A stretch of 62,149 nt of DNA, the filler included, from Dugesia japonica (Eukaryota), in assembly GCA_001938525.1 (NCBI GenBank). It is 6 parts of 6 records of this genome, joined end to end, with 100 filler letters (N's around TTAATTAATTAA, not from the genome) between each part and the next. Parts side by side here need not be neighbours in the genome. Positions count along the whole stretch, not along the records: positions 31,378 to 44,848 come from MQRL01585100.1; positions 44,949 to 53,194 come from MQRL01640533.1; 4 more parts are not named here. One strand, 5' to 3'. The notes beneath the pieces were generated by a model. It was given only the letters and a program-made list of their open reading frames with translations, had not been told where the DNA came from and did no database searches. Below are positions 39,270 to 50,200 of this stretch, in pieces. Every line of letters begins with the position of its first letter. Position 1 is the stretch's first letter. A program made the position numbers and the translations under genes.

Positions 39270-40160
39270 CATCATATAAAATATTTATTATATTTATTTA
39301 AAGAGATGATAGATTCAATGAATATAACAATTTGCTTTTTAAGTCAATATCATCATAATACAAACGGAATAGTAGGGCGGCAATTCAGAACGATCAGAGA
39401 TAACATCAATGCAACATTAAAAAATAAAAAAATAAAAATTGAGCAGATTTAATACCAGAAATTGAATATACACTAAATGCAACAAGACAGAAGAAGTGAT
39501 ATTCGGTATGAAAATACATAGAGAAAGATGATTTAATAATGGAGAAAAAAATAAAGAATCCGGAGAGTTTTCATCAACAAAGAGACATTTTACAAGTTGG
39601 AGACGATACAATAATCAAGGTAGAAAACAGATCAATAGACAAAGAAAGATATACAGGTCCCTTCAAGAGATAAAACAGATTCAATAAAGACGATAACTGC
39701 TGAAGAGTTTAGAAGGCAAGGTTATTGAAAGATGTGTGGAAAAGATCAAAAAGTATTTTAAAGAGAGAGATGTAAGAATTATTCACAGATTTAAATATGT
39801 GGGAAATCTTTCTTTAACTTTTATATATATAATATTAAAATTTATTTTTAAAACATGTATAATAAAATATTCCATAAAATTAAATGGATATTTTTAATTT
39901 ACTTAATGATATTATTAGGTAAAATAATTTTTGAAATTTTTATGTAAATTTAGGTATTTCATCAAATTAAAAAAGTCGATATTTTTAAAATATTTTATAA
40001 ATTTTTATGTAAAGTAGAATATTTATTACTTAATATTTTATTGAAAGATTTCTCAGATTATTTGTTTGAATACTATGAATTATCCTTGAAATAATTTTTA
40101 TTTTAATCAAATACACTTGTAATAATAAATACAATTTATGGAAAGTTGTGAGGTTTTGAA
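39270..40160 (+). mobile_element. Gypsy integrase C-terminus, PPT and start of 3' LTR
   Basis: SQYHHNTNGIVGRQFRTIRD; RYTGPF; GAGAGAGA followed by TGTAAG at ~39770. Confidence 0.7.
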
Positions 40161-40214
40161 TTTANNNNNNNNNNNNNNNNNNNNNNNNNNNNNNNNNNNN
40201 NNNNNNNNNNNNNN

Positions 40215-40271
<57 letters not shown>

Positions 40272-40273
<2 letters not shown>

Positions 40274-41702
40274 TTGGGGGGAAACACCCGGGCGAAGAAA
40301 ATTAAGACCACGGTGGTCATCAAATACAAATTATGGGAAAGGAAGTAAATTACACAAAACGATTAAACGAAGAAGAAAAACCGGTACAACCATCGGATAG
40401 AATGATAAACCCAAAGATTAAATGAACCATATAAAGGAAGCCGATAATAATAAATTCGAACAATCCAACCAACCCGTCAAGTCATCCAATTAAGAAAAAA
40501 TTATCAAATTATTATTTGGATGAATAAGAAAAGTAGTTAACGAACGATTTAATTATCAAGAAATATTAATTAAATTAATTTCAAAAATAAAGTAAAATGA
40601 GGTCAAAATACGTTTTTTGCAAATAACTTTGCTTCGAAACTTCAAAGAACGACGGCACCAAAAAATTCCGGAAGAGAAAAACAAGGGTCATAAAGAATTA
40701 CTAGGAGGAAAAACTTCCCATCATCCGGAAAGGTACTGTAGGGTTTCCAAGATCGAACCAATCAGATACCTAAAAATAAAAATAAAACAAAGAAGGAACC
40801 ATTACATGGCCCTCTAAAAATACCTACCAATCAGAATTTCAAAACTCTACGAAAATTCTGGAATGACAGACCAACACCAATAAAATTCTAGAATTCTAAA
40901 ACAAAAATACCTACCAATGAGAACGGTGCCGGGTTGTATCAGGAAATCCTATAAAAGAACCCGTTTTTAAGCGAACTAACTACTAAAAAATTTTTTAACT
41001 CACTTTTGGTGTATTAACCACTATAAACCACTTTGGTGAATCAAAACAGCTAAGCATAACACAAGGAAGAAATCATAATTGCAGACGCTATCCAACTAAA
41101 TCTAGAAACCATTGAAACCGCTGATTTAGCAAGAAGAAAAACAGGAATCCCAGCAACCGAATAAAAGAATCACGTTTATTAGCGAATTTCATTCCGTTTG
41201 CAGAAAACGAAAATATTTAGAAAGTAAGCATGTGTTGCCTTAGTTGATGTTAAATTTTTATTACAATTTTTGTATATAAACCGTTATAAATAAATCAACA
41301 TTTGAAGTTAATTTTTTAGTTAATTTTCTAGTTAATTTTCTATCATGATTATATATGTATTCAATTTATTTTTAGGTTCAGCTAATTGGGTTTGTATGTT
41401 AAATTAAATAGAATTGCCTGATTCCTCATTATGCACATTTAGTAGACAATTCATATCGCGTTCCTACCGTTTATAGGGGAAATCCCTTTGTATTATCACG
41501 TAAAAATAATCACCAATGAATTGTTGTTTTACATTCTGGACATGATTGTTAATATAAAACAGCCAAACTAATTTTTCGACATTTACTTATAAATGCATAA
41601 AAATTACCACTGAGTCACAAAACCCCACACGCCATTAATCTACACAACTACACATCCGGAATCACCGATCAGCTTGTTTTTACGTTGCTGGGCAACCCAT
41701 AA
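40272..41702 (+). mobile_element. LTR-like sequence (~1.4 kb) inserted after a (TAA)n tract
   Basis: Starts TGTTGGGG, ends CCCATAA followed by PBS-like TGGCGAC (41703); CCAAT boxes ~40827 and ~40914, TATAAAAG ~40950, AATAAA ~41160. Confidence 0.6.
40820..40960 (+). promoter_or_regulatory. Putative Pol II promoter (two CCAAT boxes + TATA box)
   Basis: Duplicated AAAATACCTACCAAT(C/G)AGAA, then TATAAAAG about 35 bp after the second copy. Confidence 0.55.
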
Positions 41703-41749
41703 TGGCGACAAATCAAATTATAAATTCCAAAGAAGAATAACTATATTAA

Positions 41750-41995
41750 CCCTTAGTAGCCTGATTTACGAAAGTGATTTTTTTTAATATTATTGTGTTT
41801 GGTTATGGGTCTAGATGAAGGGAAAAATAGCTAAAAAAAATCACAATATTTATTTGTTTTTTTTTTAATTTCGTTGAAAAGAATATTATACAACAGTAAA
41901 ATACGAATAGCCAACCTGTTAAAAAAAACTAATAGTAATGTGAACATTCGGTTTAAAAGATTGTTATAAAAATTGAAACTCTAGGTTATTAAGGG
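41750..41995. mobile_element. piggyBac-like MITE
   Basis: TTAA|CCCTTAGTAGCCT ... AGGTTATTAAGGG|TTAA. Confidence 0.8.
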
Positions 41996-42231
41996 TTAAA
42001 TTAAGTAATTAATGGGGTTAGTTTCCCTCTATTCTTGTCTGAATTTTTTATTACTAANNNNNNNNNNNNNNNNNNNNNNNNNNNNNNNNNNNNNNNNNNN
42101 NNNNNNNNNNNNNNNNNNNNNNNNNNNNNNNNNNNNNNNNNNNNNNNNNNNNNNNNNNNNNNNNNNNNNNNNNNNNNNNNNNNNNNNNNNNNNNNNNNNN
42201 NNNNNNNNNNNNNNNNNNNNNNNNNNNNNNN

Positions 42232-42281
<50 letters not shown>

Positions 42282-42848
42282 CCACATTATTACTATTAAC
42301 CTTGCTAATATCGTCATCCATTACTATTATATGTATTAAATGAATTACTAGAATTGCCATATTTATAGACAGGTTGATTATTACTATTGTTAGTATTATT
42401 ATCGAGTTATTATTAATTGTTATATATAGTGTTATCGGTACTATCCTTCCTCTGATTATTATTATAAAGGATTATTATTAGTACTGATTGTGCCAATACT
42501 ATTATCAAGATAAATATTAGCATCATTATTATCTATACTATGGTTATTATTACTAGTATTCTTATTGTATTACTATTGTTGTCATTACTAATAATAAAAT
42601 CATTACTTTGTTCATCAGTGATCTGATAATTAATTCGGCTATAATTTGAAGTCATTCTCATTACCATCATTAATACGAGTTATCTTNNNNNNNNNNNNNN
42701 NNNNNNNNNNNNNNNNNNNNNNNNNNNNNNNNNNNNTAATACGAGTTATCTTAGTAATTTAATCGGCTGCGATTAGGGCTCTACTTTTTCAGGGGCTGAA
42801 TCACGAATAGAAAAAAAAATTTGTATAAGTTTTTCTTTTGTTTAGCTC

Positions 42849-43043
42849 ATGCCAAAAGAGTTGTATCATGCTCTATGTTGCATACGGCGGCAACGCCAGG
42901 CTAGTCGTGCCAAACAGTTGCTAGCACACTTTCTCACAAAAGGAAAAATCGAACACCCAGATAAAACAGATCTCTGCTGTTTCGTCGAGAATTTTCCCCT
43001 GGTCGAGAGGGTGGATTTAGACAAGGAGTGCTTCTTTCTTTGA
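42849..43043 (+). CDS. Small unknown protein (cassette ORF 1)
   Basis: Acceptor TTTTCTTTTGTTTAG just before ATG; GC higher than flanks; AATAAA at 43079. Confidence 0.45.
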   Translation: MPKELYHALCCIRRQRQASRAKQLLAHFLTKGKIEHPDKTDLCCFVENFPLVERVDLDKECFFL

Positions 43044-43281
43044 CATTACGGGTATCCGTGTATTTAAATATGCCACAAAATAAAATGTTGTAATCCCTAC
43101 TTTTCNNNNNNNNNNNNNNNNNNNNNNNNNNNNNNNNNNNNNNNNNNNNNNNNNNNNNNNNNNNNNNNNNNNNNNNNNNNNNNNNNNNNNNNNNNNNNNN
43201 NNNNNNNNNNNNNNNNNNNNNNNNNNNNNNNNNNNNNNNNNNNNNNNNNNNNNNNNNNNNNNNNNNNNNNNNNNNNNNNNA

Positions 43282-43509
43282 GTTGTTGAACGCATTCAAG
43301 CTTTTGGTGAACGACAGCGATACCAGACGTGGACGGGCCCAGATCGCACTCTAGTGACCCCATTCAATCACCAACCTCCTACTCCTCTCCCCGCTCCCGC
43401 GGTACAAGCCTTCATAAATAATCTTCTCTGGGGAGTAAGGAAACCCACAGGGGTGGCAGATGTTGAAAATGCACCCCCTAATATTGCCAGTGATAATAAC
43501 ACTCCCTGA
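43282..43509 (+). CDS. Pro-rich unknown protein, 5' end in gap (cassette ORF 2; not in supplied track)
   Basis: Open frame VVERIQAFGERQRYQTW...HQPPTPLPAPAVQAF...NNTP*; AATAAA at 43528. Confidence 0.45.
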   Translation, partial: VVERIQAFGERQRYQTWTGPDRTLVTPFNHQPPTPLPAPAVQAFINNLLWGVRKPTGVADVENAPPNIASDNNTP

Positions 43510-43662
43510 ATTTTTGTCTGTAGTAATAATAAATGCTTAGGCTATTGAATTAATGAATAGTTGTGATTCTTACTACTTAATTAAATGAGAAAAGATTTCG
43601 TTTAGTAATAACCATATTATCAGACCTTGTAGTNNTTGTAATAATTACCATATTCTTTTTAG

Positions 43663-44021
43663 TGCATTCGTCCTTGAACAAATCACAGGCCCCACGTAAA
43701 AAGTTGCGAGAGACCAGTGAAGACATTGACCTCACGTGGGATCTTTATAAACTAGCTAAGAGGCGATGGGAAGCGGAGACCGCTGAGGCCGAGGCTAAGG
43801 TGAAACGCTATAAGCGAAAATGTCTAACTTTTAAAGCGGAGATGGACGCCACCCAGAATCAAGAGAGGGTGTGGAAATCCCAAGTCGAAACTTTCGCCAC
43901 GGTTATTAAATCATACCAAGAACGTGAGAACCAGCTCGTCGAGAACATAGTGAAGTTGCGAGCCACTATTCCATTAGCCCTACTCTTGATTGATAAAGGT
44001 ACTCAGACTAATCGCTCCTGA
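43663..44021 (+). CDS. Coiled-coil protein with basic NLS-like stretch and C-terminal DKGTQT (cassette ORF 3)
   Basis: Intact 119-codon frame after acceptor TTCTTTTTAG|TG; AATAAA at 44051. Confidence 0.6.
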
Positions 44022-44137
44022 GTTATCATATCTACGATTTTGTTGCTTTTAATAAATTATTTAATTTGTATCTTTTCTAATTTGTTTCTCCAATTTCGAA
44101 TTTGAGTCTTGTCAACTTAACTATAATTTTGATTTAG

Positions 44138-44520
44138 TGACACGAATTAATTTTCCCAACAGCATCCGAAGGTGCCATCGCATATTGAGACGTCTTCTTA
44201 CTGAGAGACACTTGAAACGTAAGGCAGATAAGGCTATTTTAAAACATCTGGCCCAACGGGACCAGCTTATAAAGCGATTAGATTTAGTAGTTCGCAAACA
44301 GAACGACTTGGCGATTCAAACCAAAGCCTTAGAGGCCGATAATAGGAAGTTGTTATTTCGAAAAATAGACTTCCTGAAACAATATATCACCGATCTCTCA
44401 CGACAAATAAGCAATCCAACTATAATTCAATGGGACGATAATGACGATATCGCTGCCTTTAACTTTTCGGTAACCGACCCGGATCAGTGGTTAGATCCAG
44501 GGGCACTGGAATTACTATAA
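44138..44520 (+). CDS. Basic/leucine-zipper-like protein with acidic tail (cassette ORF 4)
   Basis: Intact 127-codon frame after acceptor TTTTGATTTAG|TG; AATAAA at 44541. Confidence 0.6.
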
Positions 44521-44698
44521 AAAATTCCTGTTGTCTATGAAATAAAATATATATAATTAATGTCGTACTTCTTTTCTTTTGATGATAATACTAGGGAAAG
44601 AATGGAACCCGAAAATAAAGGTTTATGGGTGGGTACCTTCCATTAAGGGTGAGGTCAACCGCCATAAACTGCAAACCTACCAAAGGGGCGGTAGGTCA

Positions 44699-44775
44699 AA
44701 TTCTTGAAAGGGTTCCCCTGAGGGCTGTTTTTTCCCCAGCCACGTTATTTTTCCACTCAACTCAGGTGGAACCCC

Positions 44776-44779
<4 letters not shown>
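44699..44779. mobile_element. LTR-like terminus; second copy at the window end
   Basis: ...GAAAGGGTTCCCCTGAGG...CAACTCAGGTGGAACCCCAATA is the reverse complement of 62078-62149 (TGTTGGGGTTCCACCTGAGTTG...). Confidence 0.75.

Positions 44780-44848
<69 letters not shown>
44778..44848. repeat. Palindromic (TAA)n(TTA)n microsatellite
   Basis: Directly visible. Confidence 0.9.
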
Positions 44849-44948
44849 NNNNNNNNNNNNNNNNNNNNNNNNNNNNNNNNNNNNNNNNNNNNTTAATTAA
44901 TTAANNNNNNNNNNNNNNNNNNNNNNNNNNNNNNNNNNNNNNNNNNNN
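44849..44948. other. Artificial scaffold linker
   Basis: 44 N + TTAATTAATTAA + 44 N. Confidence 0.97.
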
Positions 44949-45849
44949 TAAGAAGATTTCAATAATTATTTTAATAATAACAAATAGAAGCATTGGTCAA
45001 ATAATTAAAATAATTAATTTAAAATATAATAATAATAATATTAATAATAATAAAAATTATGCTGAGGCATGGACTTGATTTTATTTACTTGAATCTAAGG
45101 ATTAGCCATACCCACTCATAATTTAACCGGTCGTCCTGAAACCGGTCTTCTAAGCAGCGTCGATGACTTTTATCGGAAAAGTGCAGGCGCGTACCGATTT
45201 AGTTTAGGTTCTTGTTCTATGAGCGATAGAAGCTCTTAATCAAACGTAATTCTGTAATTTGTTGCCTTTGAAAAGGAAGGAGAGAAATAACGATATAAAT
45301 ATTTATTGTATTAACTATGACACAGCATACATAAAATAAGTTTCAGTTCAATTGATGAGAATGTGATTTCATTTAACTGTTTCCATTGGAGTGCATATGG
45401 TTTTCTATGATCTTGGATGAGAGCATAATAGCATTATGTATTTATTTGAGAGTATTACATTGTTATCATTTTTCCTAAGAACATTATTCCAATTTTACCT
45501 GAAGAACAGTTTTGATTGTATCATTTACCATCTAGAAGCGTGATCTGACTAAATATACTTTATCCCGTTGAAAGAAAAATAAGATTAAGAAACTTGGTTA
45601 AAAACCATTAAACATAATGAACTTGTTTGAGAGTAAATTGGCATATATGAAAATCTTGGAATACCTCTAAGTTTACTAAGTGTAAAAAATACTTGATTAT
45701 ATCTGAAAATAATCAAACATGTTGAGGACAATGAGCTCATTCAGAGAGATCTGATGATGTTTTAATATCTCTGGCAATATTTTATTATATCAAAGACTAA
45801 CTGAGAATAAGATAACTGAGTCTATTTAGCATTTTTGAGTAAGTTTGTG

Positions 45850-46350
45850 TAGATCTGAGTTCACCTAATCTAATTATCATGTTCAATCATATCTGAACAT
45901 GTGCAAATATATCTGAGCATATTTATCTTGTTTGAGCATATCAGTGCACATTTGAGTTGATTTGAGTAGTTCTTATTTCAGCTGAACTAACGAGCATGTT
46001 TAATCATATCTAAGCATTTGGAAATATATCTGAGCATATGTGTCTTGTTTGAGCATATCGGTGTATAATTGAGAATATTAAAGTTCATGCTCATCCAAGC
46101 TAACAATCCGCATTTTTGTTAGCCTATACTTCAAATATATACCTTCTGGTAAATGTCTGTAGCCTCCATATCGAGATTGACCGCCCATCAATCGTACATA
46201 TACGTAGTAAACTACGTTTTCTACTCATGTTTCGATGCAGCAGTTAGTACTACTCTTACGAGTTTACTACCAACTTAACTACGTTCAACTTTACCGTTAC
46301 ACCGCAGCAATCAGTACTACTATAACGAGCTTACTACCAAGTTAACAGCT
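45850..46350. repeat. Degenerate short repeats (TGAGCATAT units; duplicated GCAGCA...AGTACTAC...ACGAG.TTACTACCAA)
   Basis: 45880-45960 resembles 45995-46075; 46236-46280 resembles 46304-46346. Confidence 0.65.
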
Positions 46351-47249
46351 GCGATGGTGGTAATATTTCGGAAAATAACTTATTTATTGATGATAAATAA
46401 TTTTATATGATTTTTAAAAGTTACTTACATAAATTCATACGATCAGATTTTTGAAAGATAACCCAAACTTAATAGTCTCACTTTCTCTGTTGATGGTAAC
46501 AAATTAATAATTCAATTCAAAAACACACATTCGAAATCATATACACAAGCATTCCTTCTTTTTTAGCTTACTTTTTTAAAGCGAAATACACATAAAAGTC
46601 ATCATTTTCATTTCATTTTTCAATAAACATACATCTACAGATTATTTAGTTTTGTGAAGTGTGTTTGGTTAGTTTTATATTTATTTCTCTTGGAGTGATT
46701 TCTTTATCGATTGTGTAAGAACTGTTTATGCCAATTTATTGGTTAGCATTGATTACATCGGAAAACATTTTTTACTTTCCCGAAATTTCCGGTTTTACGG
46801 GGTTTTAGGATAATATTTCTTTTTTATCCTATATATTAGCTACTATTGAAAATACTTTATTTTTGACTAAGTATTGTTTGATAATTGTATTGTCGTGCAT
46901 GGTTTGACTGAGAAATGGAATGTATGATTGTGTCCTCCTGCTTTCAATTCTCCAAAATAAGATCTTAACAATGATTATTCTTTTGTTGCACAATTACTGA
47001 GAGTCTTTGATTGATAATTTTCCGTCTTTTGCCAACAATTGTTCTTTTATTGCCTACTTTTGTTTTCTTTTGAGTATCTCGTTTTAATTTGTCGAATTAA
47101 TTTCACAGCTAATTCCATTTTATTTTACAAATTGATTTAATTTATCATAAATTCCGCAAGTTCTTTCCGTAATTAATCAACCAGTCTAATAATTTCTTTA
47201 TTATTTGTTTTCTCATAATATAACTTTAATATAAATCAAAATTATCATA

Positions 47250-50200
47250 GTTATGTTTCAAATTACATCCGTAACTCTGGCTTATTGCATTCAATTATTA
47301 ATTTGAATGAAATTTCTGATTTAAATGATAATTGGGCTCTTAAAATCATTTCAAATATTTCATTGAAATCTTATTATAGAAAGAGTTGTCAAGAAAGATT
47401 TTTGAATTTTCAAAAACAACATTTATCTACTGAAATAAATAACTTGAACGGTATAATTTCAAAGGATTATATAATGATTGTCAATGATTTTCTTAAATTA
47501 ATTGAAAAGCGCTACAAAGGAATTTCTATCCAAACAGATATTGTCTATAAATTACGTTAAGCTGTAAATAACTATAAAATATACGATGACAAGGAAACTT
47601 TAAATGTTAATAAAGCTCAGAGATTTGGTTTACTGGATTCTTAGTAATGAATATAATTCTCTACAAATTGGAAAATACTCTTTTAAAATTTCTGAAACAT
47701 CAAAGAAAATCCTTAGACTTAAAATTAGTAAACACTTGAATGGGATAATTGATTACCTAAAAAAATTTTTTGTTGAAAATATCAATGTTGATAAATCTCT
47801 TAACACTACTGTTGTGTTCCAAATTATTCTGCATTTTAACAAAACGATAAACAACAAGACTTGAATTTCAAAAGTTTATTTAGTATTACAAATAGTTAAT
47901 TCAAACAAATGATATTTGTAACGCAACACTGTGCCCCACCATAATTATGGAGTAGTTTAAATATGATTGATTGTTGGCTTCAAGCAATCTACAGAAACAT
48001 TTTTATCTTCGCCATTGATCTTGATTTTCAAGATTTTCATATCTGCACGTCGGTCGATCACTTCGAATGGGTCATCATATTGGTACTGTAAACCTCTCGG
48101 GCTTTCATTTCTTAACCAGTCGTATAATTCAATAGGAAGGAAGGTCTTGTATTTCGGTCTCCTTGGTCGATGTTGATTACCGTTAATTTATTTTTCTTCT
48201 TTTTCTGGTGATAGTTCGTCAAAATGAATGCTGATTTTCAGTTCCCCTGGAATTCGGATCTTTGAACCAAACACCATATGCGCTGTTGAAACTTCATTAT
48301 CTAAAAATATTGAATTACGTAATCCCAGCATTTTCTCGGCCTTAATGCAGTGCACTCTGAGTGCATTTTTTAATGATCTGTAAAATCGCTCAACATTTCC
48401 ATTACATTGTGGATGATATGATGTTGTAGTCCTGTGATCAATACCATTTTTATTATACATTTCTTAAAATGATGATGAGGTAAATTGCTTTCCTTGATCT
48501 GTCATCAGTATTTGGAGACTATCAAATCTGCTGAGCAATTCTCTTTCTAAAGCCGCAATAACATTTCCAGATGTTATCTCACCCAACGGCACTGCTTTAG
48601 TTCACGATGTGTGCCTGTTAGTCATAGTCAATAAATATTTTTTACCCATTGCATTTGGCAAAGGACCCACAATTTCAACATGTAGGACTTTAAATCTTTC
48701 AAAATTTGGTAGTGACCCTAAGGTTGATTTTTTGAGTCTAGATATTTTGGCTTTTTGGCATTTAAGACATTCTCTTGTTCCTCTGTTTATGTCAGATTTC
48801 CTGTTGGGCCATACATATCGTTGTTTGACTATTTTTATAGAGTTATTAGCCCCGGGGTGTGAGAAGTTGTGCAATCTCTGTAATTCTTTAAATCTAAAGC
48901 AACTTGGCAATATTTTTCTTTATAGGCCATTAGATACATCAAACATAACATTGTTGTGGTGTTTTATGATTAGCGAAGATTTTTGTTTTAAGTCTTGAAT
49001 CGATCTGTCGTGTTTTTGTTCATCAATTAAACGTTCTTTGGAAATTTGCAAAATTTTTTGTTCATTGTCATTTTCCGTTATCCTTGACAAAACATCTGCG
49101 ACTACATTATCGCTTCCTTTCAGGTATCGTATTTCAAGTTGGAATTTATTAATGTATTCAATCCACTCCCATTGTTTGTTTGATGGATCTTTCATTGTTT
49201 TCATGTAAGTTAATGGTTTGTGGTCTGTGCGCCATTTGCACTGATAGCCTTCTATTAAATGTTTGAAATGTTTGATTGCTAGATATATTGCTAAAAGTTC
49301 ACGATCAAATGTGGCATACCTCTGTTCTGTCTTGCTCAATTATTTTGATAAGAATGAGATTGGCTGTAACTTACCGTTACTGTCATGATTGAGACTGGCT
49401 CCCACTCCAGTGTTGGATGCATTGGTACATAAAATAAACATTTTGTTAGGATCTGGAAGTATTATCGTTGTTATGTGATACAAGTTGGATTTAGCGCTTT
49501 GAAATGCCATTTCTTGAGTTTCTGTCCATTTGAACATTTTTTTTATTTTTGCTGGCTCTAGCAACTAAATCATGTAAGGAAGCTAAAATATCCGATAAAT
49601 TTGAGATCATCCATTGATAGAATGTTAATCTTCCAATAAATCGTCTCAGAGCTTTTACATTCTGTGATGTCCGCAAGCTTATTATATTCGTTATATTCTC
49701 CGGAATTGGTTGAATACCTTTGATTGAGATTTGAAAACCAAGGAATTTTATTTTTGATTAATAGTACACACATTTTTCATAGTTGATTCTTAGTTTTGCA
49801 TTCATGAGCGTTTCTAAAACCAGTTTTAAATGCTTCTCGTGTTCTTTATCTAATTTTGAGAAAATCAGGATATCCTCAATGTATGATATTGCGTATTCTT
49901 GGTGCTGACTCATCAATTGATCTTTTGAAAGGTTTGAGATGCATTTTTAACCCAATTGGCATTTTTAGGTACTCGTAAAGCCAAAATGGTGTGATTACTG
50001 CAACTTTGTGCTTGTTTTCCGGTTCTCTTTCTATTTGGTGGCATACATTTCAAGATCTATCGATGAAAATATTGTGCTGCATGAAACTTGATTTAAAATA
50101 TCCGATATCTGAGGAATTGGATATCTATCGGGCTTTGTTGCTGCATTGAGTAGTTGATAATCCTTACATGGACGATAAGAGTTATCTTTCTTTTTGACAA

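Noticed and set aside
1355-44520. bZIP-like ORF regulating the AP-1 array as one circuit
   Set aside because: Different scaffolds and element types; no evidence linking them
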